DNA of 64,000 bases, from contig CM060734.1 in assembly GCA_030704615.1 (NCBI GenBank), positions 17,918,001 through 17,982,000 on the forward strand, in the 5' to 3' direction. Position numbers and translations under genes: made by a program. The stretch is from Takakia lepidozioides (lineage: Eukaryota; Plantae; Bryophyta). The notes beneath the pieces were generated by a model. That model saw only the letters and a list, made by a program, of their open reading frames with translations, did not search any database and had not been told where the DNA came from. Positions 23,765-36,668 of this stretch are shown here, in pieces; position 1 is the stretch's first letter, and each line of letters opens with the position of its first letter.

Positions 23765-24245
23765 CCCAGAACCCCAAGTCGTGGACGCAGATGCTTCTGG
23801 GTTGAAGTAAGCAGAAAAGTTACGTGGCGCATTGCAGCAGGGGCCTCACAGTGTCATCGACCTCGACCTTCATGTTAGGTTCCTGCCAGGAGAGTAAAGA
23901 GGCTGCTAGAGGTGCAAAGCCAGGCCAAGAAGGTGGATTAGCCATGAATGTTGACTGCATTCCTAGCTTAGCAGCCACTTGCTGACTGCTCCACTCAATG
24001 GATTGCCCACTGCGCGAGTTCACCTCCCACACAATTATTGTCGATGGATTTCCAACAGGAGCACCCGCAACCAGCAGTGCACCAGCCTCACTTACTGTGA
24101 AATCCGCTGTGAAAATTCCACTTGGCCCAGCACCCAAGACTCCCTTCTTAGTTGAAGCAGCTCCTCCTACCATTTTCTGATGATTTTTCCAAAGAAGAAG
24201 CAACATAGCCAAACAAGCACAAACACAAAAACAAACAGATCTAGT
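23765..24245 (-). pseudogene. MED16: Mediator subunit 16 (SFR6)-like internal fragment
   Basis: STKKGVLGAGPSGIFTADFTVSEAGALLVAGAPVGNPSTIIVWEV...WPGFAPLAASLLSWQE and downstream FSAY..PEA...WGSGV match plant MED16 motifs; no flanking exons; frameshifted. Confidence 0.8.
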
Positions 24246-24289
24246 TCTGCCCACGGTACCACTCCCAATCCCTATCACGAAGCATTTCA

Positions 24290-24900
24290 ACTCCGCCTTC
24301 CCACGTGACCTCCCTAGCCATAGTATTTATTTTCTCCCAATTACCACTATCTCTTCTCCACAAGGCAGTAGAACTCCTACCTCCAGCATGTATGACCCTC
24401 AGGCACAAATCACCATCATACAAACGCCAATTGACATCGATGTGGTAGACCATTTGCCACAAATGGTGATGGCCAAAACTATTTGAGACGATGGCCATCA
24501 TTCCACCAGTCAAAGTGAGAGCATAACTCATATCAAACGTCGGTGAAGCAGAAACATTGGTTACAAACGATTTAGTTTTGAAACCTACACTAAAGAATGT
24601 TACAGACAGCTCAGAACATAGCATGTCAAATGGAAGTGACACAGTCCAGAAGTAGAGATCCTTACTAAACACCCTTTTCAGTCAACTGCCATAGAATTGT
24701 CCATGGTCAACATTAGCCATGGGGGTTTCTAGAGTCAACATGGTACTTTGTTGATGTTGAGACTTAACCAAACCACTGTCCAGACATCCATGTGTTGGAG
24801 GTAATGCCCTAAAACATCCAACATTCAACAAGACATGTGACTGGTGATTCTAGGTAGCAATCAGAAGAGGAGGCAGGTTGAAACATGACATGACAGACCA
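24290..24900 (-). pseudogene. Possible degenerate F-box-associated (beta-propeller-like) fragment
   Basis: GVFSKDLYFWTV...STALWRRDSGNWEKINTM is weakly reminiscent; multiple stops. Confidence 0.25.
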
Positions 24901-24959
24901 TAATCCTGCAGATTGCATGTCACCACCAGAAATTTCTGCACAACAACAGTTTTCATAAT

Positions 24960-25290
24960 GTCACCATTCACATCTTTGCCCTAGTTCTCCATGGGTGCCA
25001 GGCTTAAGCCCATGCATTGCAAATGCAAACAAATGTCGTATGATCAGGCTTTACCCCTTCCCCCAGCCTTTGTTCATAGGTCGAGCCAAAGTCTCCATCC
25101 TTGCTGTGCTCTGCATATCCTGCGATCGATCATTGCAACCACATCTTAATCAGCCATATTGTTGAACACTCCCTTTGCATCTTCTGTGCTTCCACTAGGT
25201 AGTTTCGGAATGACAACCAATACACTTCCAGCGACTCCCAGGACACCACGGACCTTTGTCATTTTCCAAGGCTTCCACGCTCAAGCAGAC
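24960..25290 (-). pseudogene. PPR (PLS-class) fragment
   Basis: DAKGVFNNMA.*DVVA..IAGYAEH...YEQRLGEGVKPDHTTFVCICNA with stops and frameshifts. Confidence 0.7.
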
Positions 25291-25629
25291 GCATTGCTCC
25301 ACCTTAAACCCTAAAGTGTGGAAAGAAAAGAGTAACACTGAACAACTTAGAGAGGCGCCGCTGCTACTCCAGCTTCTTCTGCTCCTCCTCTACCTCTTTG
25401 ATCCTCTCGTTTTGAGGCCCACCGGCACCTATCGAAACGCTCACGAGCTGCTCTCGCTCAACGTCAGCTTCATCCTGGCGAGCAGGGGCGCCTTGCCACG
25501 GACAGAGAGGAAAGACGGGCAGGGTTGGCAGCTTGTATTTTTTAAGCAGTATGATGTATTTGATGGGGGGTATTCGCCTATCGTATATACAAAATTAAAT
25601 ACACATTTATAAACTAATTAATTAATAGC

Positions 25630-25953
25630 TATAGATTACAATTCAATTGGATTGCATCCCCACAATTGAATTGAATTGTGAGTTGACAATGCAATTGAAT
25701 TGCGAACTAGGTTTGATCAATTGAATTGAATTGTGAGCAGACGATTCAATTGAATTGCATATTGGGGTTGTTTTCAAGGTAGTTTTTGCAGTTCAATTGA
25801 ATTGTGTGCAATTCAATTCAATTGCGCACTTTTAGTGGGTGATCTAGGGAATCCAAAAAGGCCTTGATGTGAAATGCAGCGCAATTCACTTGATCAGATG
25901 CCAATTCAATTGAACTAACCCTAATTTGCAATTCAATTGAATTGTAATCTATA
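25630..25953. mobile_element. MITE with TIR TATAGATTACAATTCAATTG(G/A)ATTGCA
   Basis: ~27-bp inverted termini; internal CAATTGAATTG repeats. Confidence 0.75.
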
Positions 25954-26159
25954 ATTTTTAACGCAGTTTTGTATATAATATATATAATATATTATCATGT
26001 ATATGTATATGTATATGTATCGTATACACATATACATACGAGAGTATAAGCTGAATATACATGCTGGCCCGTCTATTCCTGCTGCCCGTCCATCCTTTGC
26101 TTGTGGTAAGGCCTAAGTCACGACATGAGTCGCGTAGCCTAAAGGAGAGATATATACTA
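25845..26159 (+). repeat. Left arm of ~310-bp inverted repeat (partner 32427-32730)
   Basis: Near-identical reverse complement; ORF track shows the same peptide at 25958-26383(-) and 32397-32615(+). Confidence 0.9.
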
Positions 26160-26733
26160 GAGAGAGAGCGAGAGCGAGGGAGAGAGAAATGAAGTGATGA
26201 AGGGTTTTTAGGGCAGAGGTGCCCTAAAAGTGAAAGGATCAAATCAGTTGGAGGACGAGAAGTAACGACAGAAGAATGCAACAACAAGTTTAGGGTTGAG
26301 CGGTGGTGGAGCGGTGGTGGCGCTATGTATGATGGAAGCCTTCTTGGATCACCAAACGACAAGATCTGCCCATGAGTAAGCACATTCCCATATTGGCATG
26401 AGTTCTCCCAATCATTGATAAAGATATCATTTTAGCTAAAGCTGTAGTTCTTGTGTATGTGCAGGTGACTCATGAGTTTTGAGGAGAGAACTTTAGGGGT
26501 AGTAGAGTGGGTTACCAAACGCTCCTCAACACACACACTGAAAGAAAGAGCTTGATCACATGGTTTGTCTTCAACCTGCCCACACTGTATACTGTGGTTT
26601 GCTAATACATTTTAGGATAGAGTAGTTGTTGTTTCAAAGTACATTTGGTTCATTTACTTGATAGCCTATGTGAACTTTAGTGACGTAAGTCCTATGGGGA
26701 GTGTGTGAGTGGATGCAGTGACTACAGAATTAA

Positions 26734-28507
26734 CAGCAAACAATTACAACAAGGGCAAGGTCGAAGGCATTGGCACTGGGGCTATTAAGCAGAGATAAGA
26801 CAGATCATGTGAGCATGGAAAACAACCATTTGGATGGTGACAAAGTAGTGGATGATTTAGTACTTTATGTGGAAGCAATGTTGAATGAGGGTGCCACAAT
26901 GAAATCAATCGCCACTGCCATTTCTTTTGATGATGTACGACCATTGAGAATATTGCTATCAGAAGTCCAAGGGTCTCCTTTCAAAGTTCATCATCAATTG
27001 AGTGTCCAACGCTTGTGTGAAAAGATTCAAGAGTTACTTCCTATTGAAGAGAATGGGACAAATTGGGGAATGAGAACAGTGCAATCTGCCTTAAGGAGGT
27101 CAAATTGGCGGATTCCTCGAAGGAAGGTGGGGGAAGCTTTGAAAATCATCTCACCCTACCATTATGAGCGTAGGAGAAGGGCACAGGCAATTCGGAAGAC
27201 TCAGTATAATGTGACAATGCCTATGGCTCTATGGCACATTGACTGTAAGTATTTTATCTCATGCATCTTAATGTTCTTTGAAGATGCACATGCAAGACGT
27301 TTTCTTGCATTACATATCGCACAAAATTGTAGGCAAACTAAAACATGTGTGCAATTCGTGGTGCAGCTTATGACAAATTGGTTATGTTTGGTCTTCGAGT
27401 ACATGTTGGCATTGATGGGGCCTCTCATTTTGTTTTATGGGCGAACGTTGCAAGAAACAAGAAAGAAAAAACCATTTTCAAATGATATCACGATGCAGTT
27501 TCCAAGTTTGAAGCACCTTTACGAATTCGATCTGATTTTGCAGTAGAGCACTCTCTTATAAAACAACACATTGAAGCCACACGTTCTGAAACACCCAATC
27601 CGTACTTGACTGGGTCTTCTACACACAATCAGGTTAGTGTTCTATACAATTCTATCTTGCATATCAACTTTACGTTTCTGTCATATTTCTTGGTTCATCT
27701 TTATTAATCATTGAGTGTGTAATGTTGTGCATATTCCTAATATTTTGTGTGGTGTAATCACCACGTTAGAGGATTGAACACTTTTGGCGGCATCTATGGG
27801 AGAAGGTAATGTTCTACTACAAAAATTGCTTCCAAGCAATGGTCAATGATGGATTATTGGATATGGACGATCCGTGGCAACGAGAATCTTTTATTGACAT
27901 ATATATGCCCATACTACAAGAAGCTGTTGATGAATACGTGAAGATTTGGAATGGACATCGAGTTCGCACGATTAATGAAAACGGTCGATATCGTCGATCA
28001 CATGTTCCTGCTCGTTTCTTTCGTGAGTATGAACGTTTGCATGGGTAAGCTCATGGTTTTCTCTTGTTTGTACTTTCATTGTTAAGCTACAATTTACATT
28101 AGAATGTTATTCTAATGTGGTGATGTGTTTGATCATGTAGATGGACCAGCCACCTTATTGATGACCCACGATTCAGGGAAGACCCCCGACACATTGGTAA
28201 CCAAGACTTGGGGCCTCGTGGGAATCAAAGGTGGCGATGTGCAGGTGGTTTGCATGACCTTCCTACCAAAGGAGCTGAACTCATTCCTGACATGGTTCGT
28301 GTCCGTGCACAAGCTTATGAAATTGGAAAGGTTGGGAATGATTCGATCTCTTGTTTTCATCTCCACTACTACATGTCTCGGTATTGTGGTTTGGCAACGC
28401 ATGAACATAGATATTTTGATCAATTGGACCTCATTGGTAATACCGTGTTAAGTATGGAAGCTCTCCAACTTTTAATTACACAAGCTCTTGTATGTAATTG
28501 TGATTAA
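26734..28507 (+). mobile_element. Intron-containing DDE integrase/transposase of IS3/IS481-like (IS3EU-type) family; exons ~26734-27244, 27367-27632, 27770-28044, 28141-28507; one in-frame TGA at 27483
   Basis: Spliced: NWGMRTVQSALRR...YNVTMPMALWHIDSYDKLVMFGLRVHVGIDGASH...PLRIRSDFAVEH...GSSTHNQRIEHFWR...WNGHRVR. Catalytic D (WHID), D (RSD), E (RIE); all three introns GT-AG and in phase. Superfamily name is inference. Confidence 0.8.
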
Positions 28508-28861
28508 CTGAATAAGTGGGACAATCACATTCAAAGATAATTATTTTATGTCACGTACTTTGAGGATTTCTGTTAAATAAATGTCATCATCATATCCATT
28601 GTCCATATTGAACCATACACCCTAAACATCAAACCATACTACTTGGGGGCAGGGCCTGGGTTGTACGATCTCTGGAGGGTTGTGAAATTGTTGGGTTTCA
28701 TTGGGAAGTGCACAGCGTGAGGCTCATGAGGCCGCCTTTTATCTCCAACAATCTTTGTCTACCCCACATATGAGACAATGATGACCAACTTGCATCATTT
28801 TCAAGAACCCTCTATTCATAATCTAAGAATTTTGCATACAGTAATAAAAATCCTAAGTCAG

Positions 28862-28990
28862 ACAAGATGGAGAGATTGAAGTAGAACCTTGATGTCTTTG
28901 ACTTTGAGTTGACCGATGATGATATCAAGCCCTTGACAAAAGCCTGCGCACCAACGACCCTGAGAAATTTTTGTGTATCAATCTCTTATG
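28862..28990 (+). pseudogene. Aldo-keto reductase C-terminal fragment
   Basis: KMERLK*NLDVFDFELTDDDIK..LDKSLRTNDPEKF matches the AKR ERLxENxxVFDFEL motif. Confidence 0.7.
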
Positions 28991-29668
28991 AGGATGAGTT
29001 TGACTGGTGGGTGTTGCTTACAATCTAAATATGTTAGCATGTTTCATCTGCACCTTGAGACACTAACCAATTTCATACTGCCAAGCCCTTATAGTGCCAA
29101 TATATGGCTATGTACATATACCAAACATGATACCACTGTAAGAGTATCAACGTCTAAGAGTTGATATATTAAACTCTCTATCGAACACACAACCCAATTG
29201 CAACATGATACCTTTGTAAGGGTATCGAAACAAGATTATTGGAGATAATTCTCGAAATGAACATGTCTTTTGTTTTCTCTGGGGTTGTGTCATGGGGGCC
29301 AAATACTAGTGCCAGGGGAGTACATGATGATGCAGGGGAAGCCATTCATCAATTGTGAGGTTTGAAATTGTCTGTTTCTTTCAGAGCTAGCCATATTTCT
29401 TTTGCCAGTGAATCAGAGGAAGCTGAAGCACTTCTGAGTAAGCCATCTGTCTCCCAAAGGGTCCCCCAAAAAATGAGATGGAGCTAGCCCTGGCATGCAC
29501 ATCAAACCCATTTAGCTCACAAGCAGTTTAAGGAGGTTTGCATAAACATTTGGCCAAGGTTTGAGGGCTTTGCCTCATTCCAACAACAGTATTTACCAAA
29601 GCACATAACGTGCTTGTAATAACACTCGGGCTGCATGTGGGGTTCATGGGATGCTGAATGGAAGTTGA

Positions 29669-29812
29669 GGAATTTGAAAGGCTGGAGTGGGAATCGAGAG
29701 CATGAATGCTGAGTTCTGCAATAGTGATGAGATTATGGTTGTAGTGCAACATTGTAGTGGGTTTGTTATTGGCAGCCCAACACTTGCAAGCCACATGCCC
29801 ACTCTTATGAAG
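29669..29812 (+). pseudogene. Flavodiiron protein (FLV) flavodoxin-domain exon fragment
   Basis: GI*KAGVGIESMNAEFCNSDEIMVVVQHCSGFVIGSPTLASHMPTLMK followed by GT; matches FLV GIxKAGV...GFxxGSPTLxxHxPT. Confidence 0.75.
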
Positions 29813-30084
29813 GTGTGACTGGTGATCTAGTGACCAGTCACTTAGTCAAACCAGCGATACGCAGGCAGTGGGTAGAGTGGTGGATGAGCAGCACATAGAG
29901 AGAGGTGTGCACATGGAAGATCAATGTCAAGTCCATATCAGCCCCTATGCCAAGTTATATTGCTTCCCCTTGTGCTCAATACCTCTACAGAGCGTGACTA
30001 CAAACGTTGAAGGGCCAAGCAGAATTTCTTGTCATTACCACCATGGTGGTTTGAGTTTATTTCACTGTATAACTTGTCCCAGTA

Positions 30085-31056
30085 TTATTTTTTCTGAGAC
30101 CTAACAAGCTGATTGATATCTTTACGGAGCTGGTAGTACCTCGCCCACAATTCTCTGTTGGTTTCCAAATTGCAGCACTGTTTATAGAGGGCTCCTCTCT
30201 CAGCTATCTTGAGTTTAATCTCATTAGTCCACCAACTAACTGCTCTACCGCAGACAATTAGTTTCCTCCCAATGATCTTGTCAGCCACGGAGGAAACGAA
30301 ACTCTCCCAAGAGTCCACTGCTCTTTCGACTTCATTTATTGCGTTAACAGAGCGTGACTGAAGTTCTTGGAGCGATTGGACAAAATGAGGGAGAGCCTCT
30401 TGCAAGGCCTGGACGTACTCAGCCTTGACCTCCTCATTGTGGAATTTTTCTATGCGCCACTTCCGAATCGAACGTTTCACAGATCTCTTGGTGGTGGGAA
30501 AACACCTTTTGATGCCAGTCCAAACCAGCAAGTGGTCAGAGGTACCAATATCAGTTTTGTCGATCAACACATCGGCACACTGGGGGAACAAAATTTTGTC
30601 CATTATGATATAGTCCACAATGGAACGTTCCCCAGTTTGGGGTTTCTCACGAGTCCACTGCACTTGGTCACCTCTTGTCCTGTTATTCAAGGTCAAAAGC
30701 TGAAGCTCTTCTAGACAGTTAATTAACCATCTGCCATTAGAATTCAGCTCGTCCTCACCAAAAGGTCCAATGATATCGTCCTGATGGATCCCTTTGCCCA
30801 CCCAGGCATTGAAGTCCCCCAATAGTACCACCTGACCTTTGGCAAGGAACGAAGCACAGTCCAGCTTCAAAACTTGTGAGGCCTTGTCTGCGTCAGCACA
30901 CAGGGTCCCCTCTGTGGGCATGTAAACACAACAGACAAAGAGGTCCAGCAGAGTACTCATGCCGCCCTTCAAATTCAGTTTTAGCCAGATACTATGCTCG
31001 TACCTCAAACCCTTGTTGATAATTTCACAATTGTCAAACAAGAAATCATGGACGAA
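30085..31056 (-). mobile_element. LINE ORF2 fragment (AP endonuclease and linker)
   Basis: CVYMP...LLGDFNAWVG...NSNGRWL...SIVDYI...SDHLLV...WWTNEIK; same family as 17725-18345. Confidence 0.9.
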
Positions 31057-31697
31057 CTTATTTGAGATTGAATTGATGCGGGACTCTATTAGAAGCACTT
31101 TTGGTCATTGCAACCTTCAACGTACCCCTGTTATCAAGTCTCGAGATGGTACTATTAACCATGAAATCCAAGCCTAAGGTAGAGCATGTAGTTTTAAAGG
31201 ACACATCGTCCATCCTGGGATTCACCCCAAAAACTACACATGAAGCCCTAGATTTGGCATAAGTAACCAATTCCCAGGGATCACCCTGAGGAGTGTTGAT
31301 GTTGATAGGAGCTAAATTTTTGATTGTTTTCGCAGGCCATAAGTTTAAGCACAGGAACCAACCCGAGCCCAAGTGCCGAGTATGCTAGACAGAGCATACG
31401 ACTGCCCAATTTGGGCGGAGGGGCTGCCCCCAAGCGGTAGGAGTCCGCTTGTTACCATTCAGAGATCACACTCCAGGGAGTTGCAGGGAATGGCCCGTGT
31501 AGGCATATTCTAAAGAGGGAAAGGCCCCAAGCTTTCCAACTAAATCCAATGCACTACCTTACCTGAAGCAAAACGCTTAAGGTCGAAACAAACAAGGACA
31601 CGAGGTCAGAAGGCCGGCATTTAGTGACAGAGACATTAATGTACTCCCGTTTCAAGTCCACCCAATGTCAATAGGCTTTCTAGAGGACAGGGAGAAA

Positions 31698-31700
<3 letters not shown>

Positions 31701-31756
<56 letters not shown>
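31701..31756 (+). repeat. (GA)n microsatellite
   Basis: Direct observation. Confidence 0.95.
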
Positions 31757-32157
31757 TGAAATGAAATAGGGTCTGGTTGTTTCTTTCTCCCTTGGCACCT
31801 AAGGTGATATTAGTTGTCCTACGCATACATATCCAGCACACCAGAAAGAGAAGAAAGCTCTTTGAACTTACTTGAAGCATCTTGTATTTCCAAGGGTGCA
31901 GCATCCTTCATACTCAGGATGGACACGGTTGTCTTACCAAATGTGTCAGCTCTGCTGCTGCCTCTTCCTTGGCCTCTTCCTGTCCACCCAACCATGACAC
32001 GTACCATGAAAAACTCACTTGACATTTCTATCCCACTCTTCTTATTGAGTAAACCAGAAACAATAGACAATCATGTAGCCAAGTGCTACGCGATAACAGC
32101 TGTAGAATCTAACAAGCGAGGACTGGGATAAAAACAGAGATAAGAATGCGTACGTTG

Positions 32158-32412
32158 CCAATCCCTCTGTAGGTATACTAAACAGGGCAACTACCTCATA
32201 ACGATACCTCAACCTGCATATAGGCTGATTTGACCAGGTTTCTTTGTAAGTCAGGCGCTATACCTCTGGTGGTATACTAAACAGGGCTACTGTCTCATGA
32301 CGATACCTCCGCATAAATATAGATTAATTTGGCCAACTTTTCTTGTAAAATGAAATACTATACCTCTGTAGATATATCAAACAGGGCTACAACCTAATGA
32401 CGATACCTCTAC
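32158..32412 (+). repeat. Tandem repeat, ~100-bp unit x2.5
   Basis: ATACCTCTG..G.TATA..AAACAGGGC...ACGATACCTC three times. Confidence 0.75.
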
Positions 32413-32426
32413 TAATATATATGTGT

Positions 32427-32730
32427 AGTATATATCTCTCCTTTAGGCTACGCGACTCATGTCGTGACTTAGGCCTTACCACAAGCAAAGGATGGACGGG
32501 CAGCAGGAATAGACGGGCCAGCATGTATATTCAGCTTATACTCTCGTATGTATATGTGTATACGATATATATACATGATAATATATTATATATATTATAT
32601 ACAAAACTGCGTTAAAAATTATAGATTACAATTCAATTGAATTGCAAATTAGGGTTAGTTCAATTGAATTGGCATCTGATCAAGTGAATTGCGCTGCATT
32701 TCACATCAAGGCCTTTTTGGAATTCCCTAG
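32427..32730 (-). repeat. Right arm of inverted repeat (partner 25845-26159)
   Basis: Reverse complement match including half of the 25.6 kb MITE. Confidence 0.9.
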
Positions 32731-33743
32731 GTGATCACTTGAACTGTGATGCATTTCACATCAAGGCATTTTTGGAATTCTCTAACCATCATCTGCCATC
32801 ATTCGCGCACCTCGCAGTATGTACAAATGCGCTTCACCAAACTGGGCCCACGCCCACATGTCACAAGTAGAAGAAGACTGCCCCAACAAAGTGGGTGCCT
32901 CCATCAGCGATCTTGCAAGAGTGCAGGAACCATGGATATTCCACCCACAATCATTTGCGATGCTCCGTTGACGACATGCGTCAGAACTCAACCCCGACCT
33001 CGCTTCAATCTACACCTAACCTTTTGAAAATGTGGTGATGACAGGACATTCCTGTGCAGCAGAAGCGACTTCATGATGCGTGTAAGATATCGTGGCTTGC
33101 GCCTCGCTGTGAATTGGGTGGATATGGTCTAGTGGCTACAGGTAACGTCGTTTGTATAGTTACATGTGCAGATTTCCATGTCTGTAGCAACCTGGGAGTG
33201 GAAAGCAACACAGGAGATGTCATTGCTGGAGGTCTTCCTTGAAGACCTTCTACAGCTAAAATAGGAGGACACCATCTTCTTGGTAGTCACAGCCAGCAAC
33301 TAATATGCAGTTGTGACATCCAATTGACTGAAAATCAGTCACTGCCAGGGGGATTGCAGTTGCACATGTCAATTTTTAAGAGTGTTGGTATCTGTTTTAT
33401 GGATTGGCATATCTATGTAAGCTGTCCCAGAAGTTCACTGTGCAAAATGATGTATGCTTGTGATGACATGCCCAGAGTGAATTGGCGGCCAAGCCAACTC
33501 CGTTTCAGGTCAAGCACAGGCCAGTTCCTTTCCTTCTACGGTCTCCATCCCATCGTCTCCCCACTTGATGCTTGGAGAGAGAGTAGCCTGTTTGCTATAC
33601 CCAGGATTTTATGTTGAAGGGTTAACATCGTCGAAAGCCCACGTTAGGATGTACTCATACTTGCATGGAGCGTGTGCCAACTCATCAGAACACGAGGGAT
33701 AGATCAGTGTACAATTAAGATACATGGCACTTTCTGCTTAAAC

Positions 33744-36324
33744 TTACTTGCAGCCTAGTGTACCTCTGCTTTCTTCTGGAAGAGTGCTATTTCTACACAA
33801 TTTTTGAATGTCAACATAACCTATCAGAGCATTCTCAAAGTCAGCACCCTCCAAGTTGGCACCCTCAAAGGTAGACCCTGAGAGCACAGTATTGTTAAAC
33901 TTGACACCACGCATGTCTGAATTGTCAAATGCAACTCTGTCCACAACTGCATTTGTAAAATTGGTGCCTGATTACCACCGAACCCACAGTTAGCCCGACC
34001 CATACACAACCATGTATGTAAGAGTGCTCTCATAGAATCAGAGAGACTTGAATTGATCTTATGTAGTTGTGAAGCAAATAACTCAATACCAGCTGATTCA
34101 TGCAAAACATATGTGGTGGTCCTAGAGAGAATGCGATGAAAGAAGGGAAACCAATAATCCAGAATCATCACCTAGAACAAGATGTACATACCTTTGAAGC
34201 TGGCACCCACAGCATATGCCTTGGACATGATGACTTCAGTCATGTCAGCACCGTCAAACTTGGCATCCACCATCAATGCCGCTGACAAAGTCTTGCCCTT
34301 TAAATTTATCTTGTCATTTGAGAAATCACAAAAGCGAAGATCAAGAACACTATTGGCCACTCCATTGGCTTGACCGATGGTGTTCCCAATGAATGCTTTC
34401 TCACATCTAGTGGGGTCCCTTGACAGTGGGGGCAGCCTCACCTGTGCAGAGACCACTGAGGTGTGATGCCTTGTGAAGCCTATAGATTGCTGAAACTTTG
34501 ATACAGAACAGGCAATCAAATACCTCTTTGCCAGCTGATCAAGCATTCCTACAGCACTATCACAAAAGATGAGTTCAAAACTCTTGCAAAAAACGTCGAG
34601 AAGATTTGATCCATCAACAGGAGATTCTGGAAAGCATGCGCGTTACTTAACTGCTGCTAGGTAATGTGAAGAAAATAGTTAAGTAATGTGAAGAAAATTT
34701 GATGAACTTGTCAAGCCCCTAATAGCAACCAGAATTTTTGATAAAATAGGAGGAGCCTATGCAGGTACATACTTTTACATTATTCAGTCAAAGTAAGTGT
34801 GAATATATGTACATACCCCAGCGTTTTGAGCAGCAAAGGATGGCAAAGCTGTTGCTACAGTCAATGCAGCACACAAAGTGCATGCCACATTTCTGAGTGT
34901 CTCAACCGTGGTATTTGTTTTCTGATGAATGCCCAAGTCCTGGAGTGCTGTCATGTAGGTTCCAACCAAACACCCAAAGTATGTGTTGAGCTTAGACCAG
35001 CTTAAATAGCCATTCTCTATAATTTTCACACAGCTAACAAAGCTGCATCTGTGGTCCTCCTTTCAGTGGCCTTACATCAGAAAGGAACGATAGACAATAC
35101 ATCCTTGCCCATTCCTGATTACTATTCCATCCACCAGCCACAATATGACTGACTTGAATTGAAAAGGAAGGCTCAAACCAATAGTTGCACAACCCAAGTA
35201 GCAGTTAGTGACTAAAAATCTGGCATTGACAAGAATAGTCAACACGGTTGCTGACATTTCCTGGTAGCAACAAGTGACTGCCTTCAGGACAGCTACCCAT
35301 CCAACCATCCTGGATTGCTGCAGTGTATGCGGCGTGGAAATCAGGATTTGAGTGAGGGGGATGGATACCTCGCCAAAAAAGCAAAGTGGACAATCTCTCT
35401 CAATTCACTGGACAATTGACAGACAGCTGGTTGCAAAACGTTGGAACCTCTACATTTCTCATTTTCAACCATTTCTGTTGAAGGCACCCAAACGGTACAT
35501 CAAGAAGAACTGACAAACCAATGGATTGAAGCCTGTAGCAATGTCCCGTAAGGAGCCATGGAGCCTGCCTCAAGTTGGACAAACACCTAACTATCCAGAA
35601 ATCACAGAAGTGTTGGTTAAGTTTTCCAACGCGGACCATGCTGGTCCAGCAATGCTCCCGTGTATGCATATAGTGCTGGATATAGGATGCACAAACGGGC
35701 CAATCCCTACTTTTCAGTGGACAAAAGTGGGTGAGTCAAAAAGTGGACAATACAGGTAGTTCAAAGCATACACTCCCACAAATGTACCCATGACTCCCTT
35801 CACATTTGCGATTGCGCAGCGCTGCTTATGCCAATGTGTCCCTTTGAAGTAGTTCTTGCAGTTTTGAACAGTTAATATTAGAAAAGTCCCTGCACCCCTG
35901 CTTAGGTCATGCATAGGTTGGCCCATTTGCTACAGTTACAAAGTATGACAATCACAGACAGAACCTTTGGGTATGAGAAGTAATGTGCAAGCAGCCTAAA
36001 TTACAATTCCTTAACTCTGGACCTCAACACCTACTAATCCTTCTAAAACCCATGAAAGATACATTCAGCACGAATTCTATTTCATAGTGTTTGTTATCCA
36101 CCGCTCTCAAAAGATCTGACATCCAACGCGTGAGCATGAAGAGAAGGGGGCACACCAGAGCAGCGAACTGAAGAGCCTGCCATGGCTGAAGTGGTAGCCA
36201 CGCCAGCACCACCTTTCCCCATATTCCTCCCAGTTAAGCTATGGCGCACAGAACCCACCTGCAGCGATCCCACTGTTGCCAAAGCTGACATGGTTCCAGC
36301 TAAATTTGCTGCCATTGTAGACAT
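33744..36324 (-). CDS. TL17: Thylakoid lumenal 17.4 kDa pentapeptide-repeat protein, 257 aa; exons 36324-36156, 34947-34817, 34441-34192, 33967-33744
   Basis: Transit-like N-terminus; RLPPLSRDPTRCEKAFIGNTIGQANGV...DLRFCDF...LKGKTLSAALM...VIMSKAYAVGASFKG|TNFTNAVVDRV...LSGSTF...IGYVDIQKLCRN...LGCK. 774 nt with consistent intron phases. Confidence 0.93.
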
Positions 36325-36668
36325 CTGGGTATAGAGATCAGACAGGGAGAAAAGGAGGTGAGCGCATCAGCAGAATGGTCCTGTCTTCTACGCTGCCTAT
36401 CAACGTACCGTCGCGTCACCCCCCCCTTGGGAAGCCTGGACGACTGGATACCGAGATTCTCCAATGTAAGGTATCATTAAAGAATATTATGGAATTACTA
36501 CGGAGTCTAGATCGACTCATACACGGCGATACGCTTTCAGAAGGTATCATTTATGACTCTGTGAGTACGGGAATCAAATCTCTGTTGACTGGCAAGGCTG
36601 ACCGCGGGATGGTTATAAAATAGAGGGGCAGGCGGAGGGGCTTGCAAAGCGCGCGCATCGCAGCAGCC

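Noticed and set aside
27483-27485. Stop codon removed by U-to-C RNA editing
   Set aside because: Such editing is organellar; this is an intron-containing nuclear sequence, so mutation or sequencing error is likelier.
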